NCBI GenBank assembly: GCA_965214605.1
Contig: OZ243961.1
Coordinates: 3,552,001 to 3,616,000, forward strand
DNA from: an uncultured Candidatus Binatia bacterium
Lineage (GTDB): Bacteria > Desulfobacterota > Binatia > Bin18
Direction: 5' to 3'
DNA length: 64,000 nt
The first letter of the stretch is position 1. Each line of letters starts with the position of its first letter. Of the stretch, positions 9,003-18,897 are shown piece by piece. The notes beneath the pieces were generated by a model, which was not told the DNA's origin, made no database searches, and saw only the letters and a list, made by a program, of their open reading frames with translations. The position numbers were made by a program, and so were the translations under genes.

Positions 9003-10274
9003 ATGATCATGAAGCAATGGTGTGCCGGAGTTGTCTGCCTTGGTTTGGGACTTGGTTTGGGGTTTGGTCTGCTGACTGACGCCCAGGCGCAGGAGCAGAC
9101 TTTTCGTCAGCGTGTCATGCAGCGTTTTTTCCTGTATGAAGCTGGCACGCCGCAGGTCGCCGGCGTTCGCCCCGGCATGACCCTGGACAAGACAAACGCC
9201 AGCGCCGCCGCTGCGGTGCTGCCGCCCGAGATCCTGAACCAAATCAGCGCCGGAGATTTCTCGATCGTCGTCCAGGAAACGACCAGTCTGCCGACCCGCC
9301 AGGCGTTTCTCGACGCCACCTTGCAGCACGCCCAAGGAGTGGTTGTTGGCGAAGACATTCTCCAGAACTATGTATCCGGCCTGCCCTTTCCCATCCTGGA
9401 GGCCGACGACCCTCAGGCCGGTCTCAAGGCGATGTGGAATCTACGCTACCGTGATCAGGGCGATACTAGCCAGATGTGGGCCATTAATTCCCTGTTGAAT
9501 ACCGCCGGCACGGTTGAACGCAGCACCCGGTTTGCCTTTCTGTCGCTGTACGGCATGCACCGGCCCGACCCGGCCTGGAATGTTGCCCAGTGGGAGCGTC
9601 AAGGGGTGTACACCAAACGCTATTCCCTGATGGTTGCGCCCTCTGACGTAGAGGGCAATCAGCTGGTCGGTATCACCTATGACAACGACGCCCGGCCACA
9701 GGATCAGTGGGCCTACGACCCCAAGAGTCGGCGGACGCGCAAGGTAGTCTATAATCCATATGTCTCGCCCGAACGGGGTGTCTTGCTGATTGAGGACCGG
9801 TCTGGTTTTCTGGGCTATATCGCTGACTACGAGTGGACCTTTGTTGAAGAAAAAGTCGTGCTGGCCCCCGGCCCGATTAAGGCCGATAGACCGACCTGGG
9901 GCGGCAAGGCCAACTGGTACCTAGTCGATCCCTGGGAGCTACGCCTGGCGGTCGTTGTTGAAGGCAAACCCAAGAGCGCTCACCCCTTGTACAGCCGCCG
10001 GGTGCTGTATATCGATGCCCAGACCGCACTCCCGCTCTACGCCCTGACCTACGACCATAACGGAAGTCACAAGCGGACATTTCTGATCGTTGCCCGCCAC
10101 CCCGAGTATGACCCGTGGGACAATAAGGAGTGGTTTGCCCAGATTGCTGCTCAGGGGTCAATCGACTACCAGCTACAGCGTGCCAATACCTTCGAGATCT
10201 ACAAAATTTTCATTAATCGACCGATGAGCGCCAACAAATTTAGCGTGATGACGCTGATGTTGCAGGGCAAATAG
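9003..10274 (+). CDS. DUF1329-like periplasmic protein, second paralog
   Basis: Signal peptide, GLPFP..DPQAGLKAMWN, APSDVEG, WAYDPKSRRTRK, WELR, HPLYSRRVLYID. Confidence 0.88.
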   Translation: MIMKQWCAGVVCLGLGLGLGFGLLTDAQAQEQTFRQRVMQRFFLYEAGTPQVAGVRPGMTLDKTNASAAAAVLPPEILNQISAGDFSIVVQETTSLPTRQAFLDATLQHAQGVVVGEDILQNYVSGLPFPILEADDPQAGLKAMWNLRYRDQGDTSQMWAINSLLNTAGTVERSTRFAFLSLYGMHRPDPAWNVAQWERQGVYTKRYSLMVAPSDVEGNQLVGITYDNDARPQDQWAYDPKSRRTRKVVYNPYVSPERGVLLIEDRSGFLGYIADYEWTFVEEKVVLAPGPIKADRPTWGGKANWYLVDPWELRLAVVVEGKPKSAHPLYSRRVLYIDAQTALPLYALTYDHNGSHKRTFLIVARHPEYDPWDNKEWFAQIAAQGSIDYQLQRANTFEIYKIFINRPMSANKFSVMTLMLQGK

Positions 10275-10282
10275 TCTAGGGG

Positions 10283-10312
10283 ACAAACAGGGAGAGCCAA
10301 TCTCCCGTTGTT
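10283..10312. terminator. Probable bidirectional terminator between convergent genes
   Basis: GGGAGA-gccaa-TCTCCC hairpin with A-rich and T-rich flanks. Confidence 0.55.
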
Positions 10313-10323
10313 ACCCTCTCGCC

Positions 10324-11139
10324 TCAGGCGTGGGTCTGAACAAAATCGAGCACGACCGACGCGGTTTGCTGGGGCTGTTCAATCATGTGGTATGTCCCGC
10401 CGCCATTGTCGATCAACCTCACCTCGGCCTGCGGGCAGTGACGGGTAAAGGCCTCAAGCGCGGCTCTCTGATTGGGCATAGCGGCTCCGAGTTGACCGGA
10501 GTTGCCCATCAGGACCAGCACCGGCATGCGGAGCTTGGCCACATCGGCCGCAAGGTCGGTATGAGCAAAAGTGTCTAAAGTTTTGGCCAGCGAAGCCAGC
10601 GTAAAGTTGCGCTTAAAGGACTCGATTTCAAACACGGCTAGCTCGTTGGCCAGGCCGCCGAATACGTTCTGCTCGGCGCAACCGATCCACTGCGTCAGAC
10701 GTCCCAGCGCCTCATAACCAAACGTCTCGGCAACGTCCTGAAAGAGCTGAAATACGCGCCGGCCAGTCGGGCTAGAGACGACCCCAGGATAGGTGACGAC
10801 ACTTTTGACTCGGTCGGGATAGCGGGCGGCAAACCGAACCGTCAGCGAAGCCCCGGTCGATGTCCCCCACAGATGCACGGCGGACAGACCGATGTGATCA
10901 AGAATGACGGCCAGGTCATCAACCCAGCGGTCGAAGGGATAACCACCAGGCCACGCCCGATCGGACCGACCAGCTCCTCGATAGTGCCAGTCAATGACTT
11001 GTAGCTGAGGAGTGAGCAGGGGACGGATTTTGGCAAACTGGTCGTCGAGTAGACCAAACCCTCCGCTCACCACCAGAGGCTCGCCCGCCCCGCGGACGGC
11101 ATACCACAGCTCTACTCCCTTATCGTTGGCAAAGGACAT
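10324..11139 (-). CDS. Alpha/beta-fold hydrolase
   Basis: RGAGRSD, nucleophile elbow GTSTG, C-terminal His (YHMIEQP). Confidence 0.88.
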   Translation of the reverse strand: MSFANDKGVELWYAVRGAGEPLVVSGGFGLLDDQFAKIRPLLTPQLQVIDWHYRGAGRSDRAWPGGYPFDRWVDDLAVILDHIGLSAVHLWGTSTGASLTVRFAARYPDRVKSVVTYPGVVSSPTGRRVFQLFQDVAETFGYEALGRLTQWIGCAEQNVFGGLANELAVFEIESFKRNFTLASLAKTLDTFAHTDLAADVAKLRMPVLVLMGNSGQLGAAMPNQRAALEAFTRHCPQAEVRLIDNGGGTYHMIEQPQQTASVVLDFVQTHA

Positions 11140-11146
11140 GGTGTGT

Positions 11147-11620
11147 TTATTCTCCCCAAAATCGTCTCTTGACCCAGCCCTGATCAAATGGCGTCCAGAA
11201 GTTCGGGATCAGGCGGAGCTCGTGTATTTTCCACTCGCCGTTCTGCCGCACATACTCTTCTTCGTAGTAGGCCGAACCCCAGACCGCCTGCGGCCCGCCT
11301 GCGGACAGCATGGTACACGGCTCTAACAGGTACCAGCGACCACTGGCCCGGTCGCCATCGACCTCAATCTGGGGGTTCATCACATAGTGGACGGCAAACG
11401 ACAAGCTTTTGGGAATGGCGCGGAAAAAGGTCCGGATCGCCTCGTGGCCCTCGTAGTGGCCAAAACTGCCGCCGTCCCAGGTAGCGTCTTCAGTAAAACA
11501 GCCGACAAACGCCTCTTCGTCGCGTTCATCAGCGCCCGCGCAATAGCGAGCTTTGAGCTGCTTGATCGCTTCAATGTCTTCCAAGGTCTGGATACGGTGG
11601 TCGAGTTCTTCGAGTTGCAT
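11147..11620 (-). CDS. SnoaL-like/NTF2-fold protein (LinA/BaiE-like dehydratase fold)
   Basis: [49 protein letters not shown]. Confidence 0.88.
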   Translation of the reverse strand: MQLEELDHRIQTLEDIEAIKQLKARYCAGADERDEEAFVGCFTEDATWDGGSFGHYEGHEAIRTFFRAIPKSLSFAVHYVMNPQIEVDGDRASGRWYLLEPCTMLSAGGPQAVWGSAYYEEEYVRQNGEWKIHELRLIPNFWTPFDQGWVKRRFWGE

Positions 11621-11697
11621 GGCTGCTCCCTCCTTGCGCTGAGCCGAGCTTAGCCCTTCGACCCGCTTTGGGTCAAGCTGACCCTCCCCTCTGCGCC

Positions 11698-11726
11698 TTG
11701 ACGCCCCTGCCTTTTCCTCTTACACT
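11698..11726 (+). promoter_or_regulatory. Sigma70-type promoter for aroQ-accBC
   Basis: TTGACG-17 nt-TACACT, about 25 nt before the aroQ ATG. Confidence 0.7.
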
Positions 11727-11751
11727 CCGGGCTGGAATGGGAGGTGGGGTA

Positions 11752-12210
11752 ATGGAAAAAGACGAACCTGCACGGGTGCTTGTGCTCCACGGCCCAAATC
11801 TCAACATGCTCGGGCTGCGCGAACCCGAAATTTACGGTTCTACGATACTTGCCGACATCGATGCCAGTCTGCTTGAGTTAGGCCGCGAGTTAGGGCTTGA
11901 GGTCGATATCTTTCAGTCCAATCATGAAGGCGCCCTAGTTGACCGTATTCAAGCGGCGCGGGAGCAGTACGGGGCGATCCTTATCAATGGCGGGGCATAT
12001 ACGCATACCAGTGTGGCCCTCCTAGATGCGCTGCTGTCGGTCAGTTTGCCGGTCGTTGAGGTCCATCTGTCGAACCTCTATAAGCGCGAGGAATTTCGTC
12101 ACCACTCGTACATCGCTCGGGTTGCCGTTGGCCAGATCTGTGGCTTTGGAGCCGAGAGTTACTTGTTGGGGCTGCGAGCTGTGGCCAACATACTGCACAA
12201 TGGAACTTGA
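11752..12210 (+). CDS. aroQ: Type II 3-dehydroquinate dehydratase
   Basis: [44 protein letters not shown]. Confidence 0.97.
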   Translation: MEKDEPARVLVLHGPNLNMLGLREPEIYGSTILADIDASLLELGRELGLEVDIFQSNHEGALVDRIQAAREQYGAILINGGAYTHTSVALLDALLSVSLPVVEVHLSNLYKREEFRHHSYIARVAVGQICGFGAESYLLGLRAVANILHNGT

Positions 12211-12649
12211 CGATATCAGAAAGCTCATTGAGCTGATGGAAGAAAAGGGTTTGGCCGAGCTGGAACTCAAAAATCGACTGGGTGAGGTCCGTCTCGTCCG
12301 GGGAGGAGCCCGCTCGAGCCAAGCGGCTGAGCCAGTGGTTGCGCTACCCGCTGCCGCTCCGGCCACTATCCAGCCGCCCAACACCGCAACGTCGGAGCTA
12401 GTCGGGTCGGGTCTGGCTATTTATTCGCCAATGGTCGGCACTTTCTACCGCGCCCCAAACCCAGATGCCGACCCCTATATTGAGGTTGGAGCCGTTGTTG
12501 AAAAGGGGGCGGTGGTCTGCATCATCGAAGCTATGAAAATGATGAACGAGATTCAGGCCGAACAGCGTGGACGGGTGACCAGGATCTTGGTCGAAAACGC
12601 CGAGCCGGTTGAGTATGAGCAGCCGCTGTTTGTCTTAGAGCCGGTCTGA
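12200..12649 (+). CDS. accB: Acetyl-CoA carboxylase biotin carboxyl carrier protein
   Basis: SPMVGTFY and EAMKMMNEI biotin motif; start overlaps the aroQ end. Confidence 0.97.
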   Translation: MELDDIRKLIELMEEKGLAELELKNRLGEVRLVRGGARSSQAAEPVVALPAAAPATIQPPNTATSELVGSGLAIYSPMVGTFYRAPNPDADPYIEVGAVVEKGAVVCIIEAMKMMNEIQAEQRGRVTRILVENAEPVEYEQPLFVLEPV

Positions 12650-12694
12650 AACATAGAGGGCTGTGGCGGCTCTCGCAGCCCGAGATCGAATGGA

Positions 12695-14086
12695 GTGCGT
12701 GTGTTCAGACGAGTCTTGATTGCCAACCGGGGCGAGATTGCGGTGCGGATTATTCGGGCCTGCCGCTCGCTCGATATTGCGACCGTTGCCGTGTATTCAA
12801 CGGCCGATAAGAATGCCTTATACGTTCGTCTGGCCGATGAAAGTGTGTGTATTGGGCCGCCCGAGCCAGCCAGCAGTTATCTGAATATCCCGGCGATTAT
12901 CAGTGCGGCACTGTCCTTTGGTGCCGATGCGGTCCATCCGGGTTATGGATTTCTGTCGGAAAATGCGGACTTTGCCGAGGCCTGCCAACGCTCTGGGCTC
13001 GTGTTTATCGGACCCCGGGTGCGCAACATCAAACTTATGGGTGATAAACCCCGCGCGCGGCGGATTATGGAAAAAGCCAAGGTCTCGGTCCTGCCCGGTA
13101 CGACCGCGGCCGTCTCGGATGTCCGCGAACTCCAGGCGGTTGCCGCCCGGATCGGTTTTCCGGTCCTGCTCAAAGCGGCCGCCGGTGGGGGGGGGCGTGG
13201 CTTGCGCGTTGCGCACGATCCGGGTGAGCTGGCAGCCCTATTTGGGATTGCCCGCGATGAAGGGGAGAAGGCGTTTGGCAATGGCAGTCTGTATGTGGAA
13301 AAGTATTTGGAGCATGCACGGCATATCGAGTTCCAAATCCTGGGCGACCAGCACCGCAACGTCATCCACCTAGGCGAACGTGAGTGCTCGATCCAGCGTC
13401 GCTATCAGAAGCTGATTGAAGAGGCGCCGTCGCCGATCTTGACCAAGAGACAGCGGGATAGGATGGGTGCCGCCGCGGTCAAAGCGGCTCAGGCTGTCGG
13501 CTATACCAACGTCGGGACAATCGAATTTTTAGCTGATGCCAAAGGTCGGTTCTATTTTATTGAGATGAATACCCGAGTCCAGGTTGAACATCCGGTGACC
13601 GAGATGGTCACTGGCATCGATATTGTCCAAGCCGGAATTCGCTCGGCCGCAGGTGAGCCCTTGGCCTGGAAGCAGCGAGAGATCACCACTCGTGGGCACG
13701 CCATTGAGTGCCGGATCGTGGCCGAAGATCCCCGCACCATGCTGCCTTCCCCGGGTAAGATTCGTGGCTATGCCGCTCCGGGTGGGATCGGTATTCGGGT
13801 CGAATCGGGTGTAACCGATGCCTCGGTGGTGCCGATGTACTACGATTCCCTGGTAGCCAAGGTAATCGCGAGTGGGGCTAGCCGTGAGGAGGCTATCCGG
13901 CGTATGCGGGCGGCGCTGGCTGAGTACCAGATCGGCGGTATTAAGACCAATATCGCTTTTCATCAGCGGATTCTACACGACCCGGATTTTCTGGCGGGCA
14001 ACATCCATACCACGTATTTGGACGAGTTCCTGACCGCTCAGCAAGACGTGGATCAAGGCGCGCCGCCGATTCGGCAGGTTGCCTAA
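12695..14086 (+). CDS. accC: Biotin carboxylase
   Basis: ANRGEIA, HPGYGFLSEN, GGGGRG, RECSIQRR, EMNTRVQVEH. Confidence 0.97.
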   Translation: MRVFRRVLIANRGEIAVRIIRACRSLDIATVAVYSTADKNALYVRLADESVCIGPPEPASSYLNIPAIISAALSFGADAVHPGYGFLSENADFAEACQRSGLVFIGPRVRNIKLMGDKPRARRIMEKAKVSVLPGTTAAVSDVRELQAVAARIGFPVLLKAAAGGGGRGLRVAHDPGELAALFGIARDEGEKAFGNGSLYVEKYLEHARHIEFQILGDQHRNVIHLGERECSIQRRYQKLIEEAPSPILTKRQRDRMGAAAVKAAQAVGYTNVGTIEFLADAKGRFYFIEMNTRVQVEHPVTEMVTGIDIVQAGIRSAAGEPLAWKQREITTRGHAIECRIVAEDPRTMLPSPGKIRGYAAPGGIGIRVESGVTDASVVPMYYDSLVAKVIASGASREEAIRRMRAALAEYQIGGIKTNIAFHQRILHDPDFLAGNIHTTYLDEFLTAQQDVDQGAPPIRQVA

Positions 14087-14106
14087 CACACGCTGAGGAG
14101 CGCATC

Positions 14107-15252
14107 ATGGCTGACGGGTGGGCGAAGACTCCTGCTGTGCGCTGCTGGGTGACAATGTTGGCGGTCGTCGGCGTTGGGCTGTGGGCCGATCTGGTCCAGG
14201 CCCAAAATCGGGGTCTGTCCCCCGCTCTGTTGGCTCAGGCTGATCCATCCCGCCCCGCCCCACAGGCGGCCGAGCCGGCCACCGGGAACGGCGGCGCTAT
14301 GCTAACGACCGCCGCGCCACGGGTTGTGTTCGAACAACCGGTGTACGATTTTGGCACGGTCGAGCAGGGCGAAAAGGTGAGCCATCTGTTTCGCTTTCAC
14401 AACCGGGGGGGAAGAGCCCTGCGGATTGAGTCGCTCAAGATCTCATGCGGCTGCACTGCGGCTGTCATCTCAGACCCCCTCATTCCGCCGGGCGGGCAGG
14501 GCACGATCAACGCGACCTTCGATACTAGCCAGTTTCTGGGTGAGAAAAAGAAGACCGTTATCGTGCATACCAACGATCCTGAGCAGCCAGCCACAACGCT
14601 GACCCTGCAGGGCGAGATCCGGGTCGAGGTGGCGGCCGACCCGCCCCAGGTGTACGTAGGCCGGCTGGCCTACGGCAAAGCGGTCAGCCGGCGGGTTGAG
14701 ATCGTGTCCGACACCGACTCGTCAATTGAGATCACTCAGGTTACCAATACCCACCCTTCGGTCGGCGTTCGGACCGAGCCGCTTGAACGAGACGGCCAAC
14801 GGGGCAAGACCTTGATCGTAACCGTGGCCGAAAACGCCCCGCTAGGGCGCCTGAACGACCAGATTACCGTGACCACGACCAGTACAAAGCGCCCGTCTGT
14901 AGTCATCCCGGTCTTTGGCAGCGTGGAGGGCGAACTCCTCGTCCAGCCGCCCCAGGTCACCTTTGGCGTGGTGCAACCAGGTCTGGCCAAGACGCGCACG
15001 GTCACCATCACCAATAGGTCCAAAACGCCGGTGCGCATCAGCCGGGTCACAAGCACGGCCAGGCGTGTGGAGGCGCAGCTGGAAACAATCACCCAGGGGG
15101 CCGAGTACACGGTTGTGGTAAAGGTTGCGGCAAACGGGCAGCCGGGCCGTATTCAGGGCGAAGTTCAAGTCTTTACCGATCACCCACTTGAAAAAGTACT
15201 CAGCATCCCGCTGTATGGGCGTGTAGCTGAGCCACCCCAGGCGATGCGCTAA
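14107..15252 (+). CDS. Exported protein with DUF1573 (Ig-like) domains
   Basis: Signal peptide; YDFGTV..F.F.N.G...L.I.....SCGCT, TNDP, repeated FG-start beta-sandwich units. Confidence 0.8.
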   Translation: MADGWAKTPAVRCWVTMLAVVGVGLWADLVQAQNRGLSPALLAQADPSRPAPQAAEPATGNGGAMLTTAAPRVVFEQPVYDFGTVEQGEKVSHLFRFHNRGGRALRIESLKISCGCTAAVISDPLIPPGGQGTINATFDTSQFLGEKKKTVIVHTNDPEQPATTLTLQGEIRVEVAADPPQVYVGRLAYGKAVSRRVEIVSDTDSSIEITQVTNTHPSVGVRTEPLERDGQRGKTLIVTVAENAPLGRLNDQITVTTTSTKRPSVVIPVFGSVEGELLVQPPQVTFGVVQPGLAKTRTVTITNRSKTPVRISRVTSTARRVEAQLETITQGAEYTVVVKVAANGQPGRIQGEVQVFTDHPLEKVLSIPLYGRVAEPPQAMR

Positions 15253-15281
15253 GACTGGCGCGAGCTTTTATCGGCACAATT

Positions 15282-18200
15282 ATGGCTGCTGATCCGCTTA
15301 TTGCTGCTAATCTGCATCCGCTATCTGACACGCAGGCCGAGGTCCTGGCCTGCCTCCCCACGCTCAGGCCCGGTGAACGATTGCGCATTGCCGGTCTCAA
15401 AGGGGCAGCCCGGGCCTTTTTTATCGCCCGCTGTCTGCAAGACCAGCCGCGCCCAATCCTGTGCGTGCTTGACTCAGACCGGGCGGCAGAAGCCTTTGTT
15501 GAGGACTTGCGGTTGTTTTTGGGCCAGCCCGAGCCAAACGAAGCGGACGGATCCGCACCCAGGCAAACGCGGCACACTCTCCACCTCTACCCAGCTTCGG
15601 ACGTGCCCGTGTTTGAGGGGCTTTCGCCCAGCAGCGATGTGGTGGCGGCGCAGCTGGAGGGGCTCTACTATCTGCTCTCGCTCAGCGCTCCGGTGATCGT
15701 TACCTGTGTTGAGGCGCTCAGCCAGCGGGTGATGCCACAGGAAGAGTTTATGGCCGCCACCCGGCGACTCGGCCGCGGCCAAGAGATAGCGCTGACCGAC
15801 GTTGTTGAGGCCTTGCTAGAGTGGGGCTATCGACGCGTTCCGGTAGTTGAGGAAAAGGGCGAGATGAGTGTCCGCGGCGGCTTGCTCGACGTGTTTCCAC
15901 CGCTGTCCGAGGCACCGATCCGGGCCGAATTCTTTGGCGATGTAGTGGAGTCCTTACGGACCTTTGATCCGTCCTCGCAGCGCTCACGCGCTCCGCTCGA
16001 GGAAGCCATGCTGCTGCCGATGCGTTTTTTTTCGGTGGCGCGTTTGCAGACCGCCAAACGCTCTATTGAAACCGCCCTGGCGGCTAGCGAGATGCCCCAC
16101 CGCGAACAGCAACGCCTCACCGAGAATGTGAAAAGTGGCCTGTTGTTCCCCGGCGTCGAAGCTTTTCTGCCGTGGCTCTATCCGGCGTTGGAGAGCGTCT
16201 GGGACTATCTCCCGCCTAATACGCTGATCTGGTTGGTCGATCCACTGGCCTCCCAGGCCGCTCTGGAACACGGCTGGGAGATCCTCACCCAGCGGGCTGA
16301 GGCCGCCCACGCGCACGGCCATTTTGCTGCCCAGCCCGAACAGCTGTATGTGCGGCCCGATGACCTGCGTGGACAACTGGCCACCGGTCCGGTGTGTGAG
16401 TTGCCCGGTCTTGAATATGTCGAAGCTGACCACACGGTCAGTTCTTCGCTGCTGCGGAGCACCCTGCCCAAAAGCGGTACCACAGGCGGCCTGGCTGTCC
16501 TGGTAGAACGGCTGCGGCAATGGCAGGAGGGGAACACCCTAGTATTCCTAACCGTATCGAGCCGTGTCCAGGCCGACCAGCTCCAGCAGTTGCTGCTGGG
16601 CCACGATCTTGAGTCAGAAATCGTGCTGGCCACTGAGTGGTCTAAGCGCTCATCCAAGCCCGGCCGGCCACCCACCGTCGCTATTCTGATCGGTCCTGTC
16701 TCGCAGGGCTTCATGCTGCCGGCTGACGGCCTCGTGTTTATCGCTGAGGAGGAGATCTTTGGCGAGCGCCGCCACCGCCGCCGCGTCCGTCCACGGCCCG
16801 TTGCCGATTATCTGACCGGCCTGAGTCAGCTGTGCGTCGGCGATTATGTCGTTCATATCGACCATGGTATTGGCTGCTATCAGGGGCTACGTCACCTGTC
16901 AGTCGGCGACATAGAGGGGGATTATCTGCAACTCGACTACGCGGGTGGAGATCGGCTGTACCTGCCGGTTGAACGGATTAATCTGGTTCAGAAGTACGCT
17001 GGGGGAGGCGAGCGAAGCCCGGCGCTCAACCGTCTAGGCGCACAGAGATGGGAGCGGGTCAAGCGCAAAACTCGAGAAGCCATCCTGGCCATGGCCCGAG
17101 AGCTGCTTGAGATGCACGCGGTACGCGAGGCCACTCAGCGGCCCACCATGGTGGTGGACGGGCCAGAATATAGGGAGTTTGTGTCCGGGTTTCCGTTTGA
17201 AGAAACGCGCGGCCAGCGGCTGGCTATTGACGATGTCTTGACCGATCTGAGCAGCCCCAAGCCGATGGACCGGCTGGTGTGCGGTGACGTCGGCTACGGA
17301 AAAACTGAGGTCGCTCTGCGGGCCGCATTTCTGACCGTTCTGGGCGGCAAACAGGTGGCGGTCTTAGTCCCGACCACCGTTCTGGCCCAACAGCACGGCG
17401 AGACCTTTGCCCGCCGCTTTGCCGACCATCCGGTGCGGGTTGAGGTGCTGAACCGTTTTCGTTCGTCCCAGGACGCCAGAGCCGTGGTCCGCGGCCTAGC
17501 CGACGGCCAGGTCGATATTGTCATCGGCACCCATCGGCTGCTCCAGCGTGACATTGTCTTTAAGCGCCTGGGCCTGATCGTGGTTGATGAAGAGCACCGC
17601 TTTGGGGTGGTCCACAAGGAAAAGATCAAGAAACTGCGCCACTTGGTCGATGTGTTAACCCTCTCCGCCACGCCAATTCCCCGTACCCTCAATATGGGCC
17701 TGATCGGTCTTCGCGACCTGAGTGTGATCGAGACGCCGCCGGTCGACCGGCAAGCCATTCGGACCTATGTGACGCGCTTTGACGAGGAACTCATTCGGGC
17801 TGCTATTCTCCGCGAGCTGGAGCGGGGGGGACAGGTCTTTTTTGTCCATAACCGGGTGGAGAGCATTGAGCGTATGGCCAGCCAGTTGCGAAAGCTGGTG
17901 CCCGAAGCCAGTCTGACGATTGGGCACGGCCAGATGGCCGAACGAGACCTCGAAACAGTCATGCTCGACTTTCTCCACCACCGCACCAATGTGCTATTGT
18001 GTTCCTCGATCATTGAGTCAGGTCTTGATATTCCGACGGCTAACACGATCATTATTAACCGGGCGGACCAGTTCGGTCTGGCTCAGCTCTACCAGCTGCG
18101 CGGCCGGGTCGGCCGTTCGGTCCAACGCGCCTATGCCTATCTGCTGATCCCCGACCAACGCCGGCTGACCAAGGACGCCAGTCGGCGTTTGGAGGTGCTT

Positions 18201-18821
18201 GAAGAGCTGGACGACCTGGGCGGCGGCTTTCGCTTGGCCGCCCACGATTTAGAAATTCGAGGCGCCGGAAACCTGCTGGGCAAAGAACAGTCGGGCAATG
18301 TCGCCGCCGTCGGTTTTGAGCTGTACGCTCAGATGTTGGAAGAAACCGTCGCCGAACTCAGGGGCGGCCAGATCAAGGTTCAGATTGAGCCGGATATTCA
18401 GCTCAGCATTCCCGCCTATATTCCCGAAGCCTATATTCCGGACGTCAACCAACGTCTGGTGTTTTACAAGAAGTTGGCCAATGTCGAAACGCGGGACGAA
18501 TTGGAGGAACTCGGCCAGGAGATGGAAGACCGTTTCGGTCCCCTGCCCGAACTCGTCTTGTCGCTGATTGAGGTTATGGACCTGCGCCTCGTCTTACGCA
18601 CCTACCTGGTCACTGCGGTCTCGAAACGCGCCGACCTGATCACCGTCCATTTCCATCCCGATTCGCCGATCAAGCCCGAACAACTCGTCGCTTTCATCCA
18701 GCACGACAAGCGGCCGTCGAATTTGACGCCTGACCTTCGCCTGAGCCTGACGCTCAAGCCGGGTGAGGATGTCATTCGGTCGGTCAAGACACTCTTGCAC
18801 GACCTAGACGAGTCGTGTTAG
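15282..18821 (+). CDS. mfd: Transcription-repair coupling factor
   Basis: RGGLLDVF, GDYVVHIDHGIG, PMDRLVCGDVGYGKT, DEEHRFGV, SATPIPRT, QLRGRVGR, DLEIRGAGN. Confidence 0.98.
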   Translation: MAADPLIAANLHPLSDTQAEVLACLPTLRPGERLRIAGLKGAARAFFIARCLQDQPRPILCVLDSDRAAEAFVEDLRLFLGQPEPNEADGSAPRQTRHTLHLYPASDVPVFEGLSPSSDVVAAQLEGLYYLLSLSAPVIVTCVEALSQRVMPQEEFMAATRRLGRGQEIALTDVVEALLEWGYRRVPVVEEKGEMSVRGGLLDVFPPLSEAPIRAEFFGDVVESLRTFDPSSQRSRAPLEEAMLLPMRFFSVARLQTAKRSIETALAASEMPHREQQRLTENVKSGLLFPGVEAFLPWLYPALESVWDYLPPNTLIWLVDPLASQAALEHGWEILTQRAEAAHAHGHFAAQPEQLYVRPDDLRGQLATGPVCELPGLEYVEADHTVSSSLLRSTLPKSGTTGGLAVLVERLRQWQEGNTLVFLTVSSRVQADQLQQLLLGHDLESEIVLATEWSKRSSKPGRPPTVAILIGPVSQGFMLPADGLVFIAEEEIFGERRHRRRVRPRPVADYLTGLSQLCVGDYVVHIDHGIGCYQGLRHLSVGDIEGDYLQLDYAGGDRLYLPVERINLVQKYAGGGERSPALNRLGAQRWERVKRKTREAILAMARELLEMHAVREATQRPTMVVDGPEYREFVSGFPFEETRGQRLAIDDVLTDLSSPKPMDRLVCGDVGYGKTEVALRAAFLTVLGGKQVAVLVPTTVLAQQHGETFARRFADHPVRVEVLNRFRSSQDARAVVRGLADGQVDIVIGTHRLLQRDIVFKRLGLIVVDEEHRFGVVHKEKIKKLRHLVDVLTLSATPIPRTLNMGLIGLRDLSVIETPPVDRQAIRTYVTRFDEELIRAAILRELERGGQVFFVHNRVESIERMASQLRKLVPEASLTIGHGQMAERDLETVMLDFLHHRTNVLLCSSIIESGLDIPTANTIIINRADQFGLAQLYQLRGRVGRSVQRAYAYLLIPDQRRLTKDASRRLEVLEELDDLGGGFRLAAHDLEIRGAGNLLGKEQSGNVAAVGFELYAQMLEETVAELRGGQIKVQIEPDIQLSIPAYIPEAYIPDVNQRLVFYKKLANVETRDELEELGQEMEDRFGPLPELVLSLIEVMDLRLVLRTYLVTAVSKRADLITVHFHPDSPIKPEQLVAFIQHDKRPSNLTPDLRLSLTLKPGEDVIRSVKTLLHDLDESC

Positions 18822-18897
18822 CCCAGGGGTCGTAGACCTCATTCAAGGAGCCCCGTAAGTACGGGTGGTCATCACCGGGCTCCTTCGGGAGACAGCA

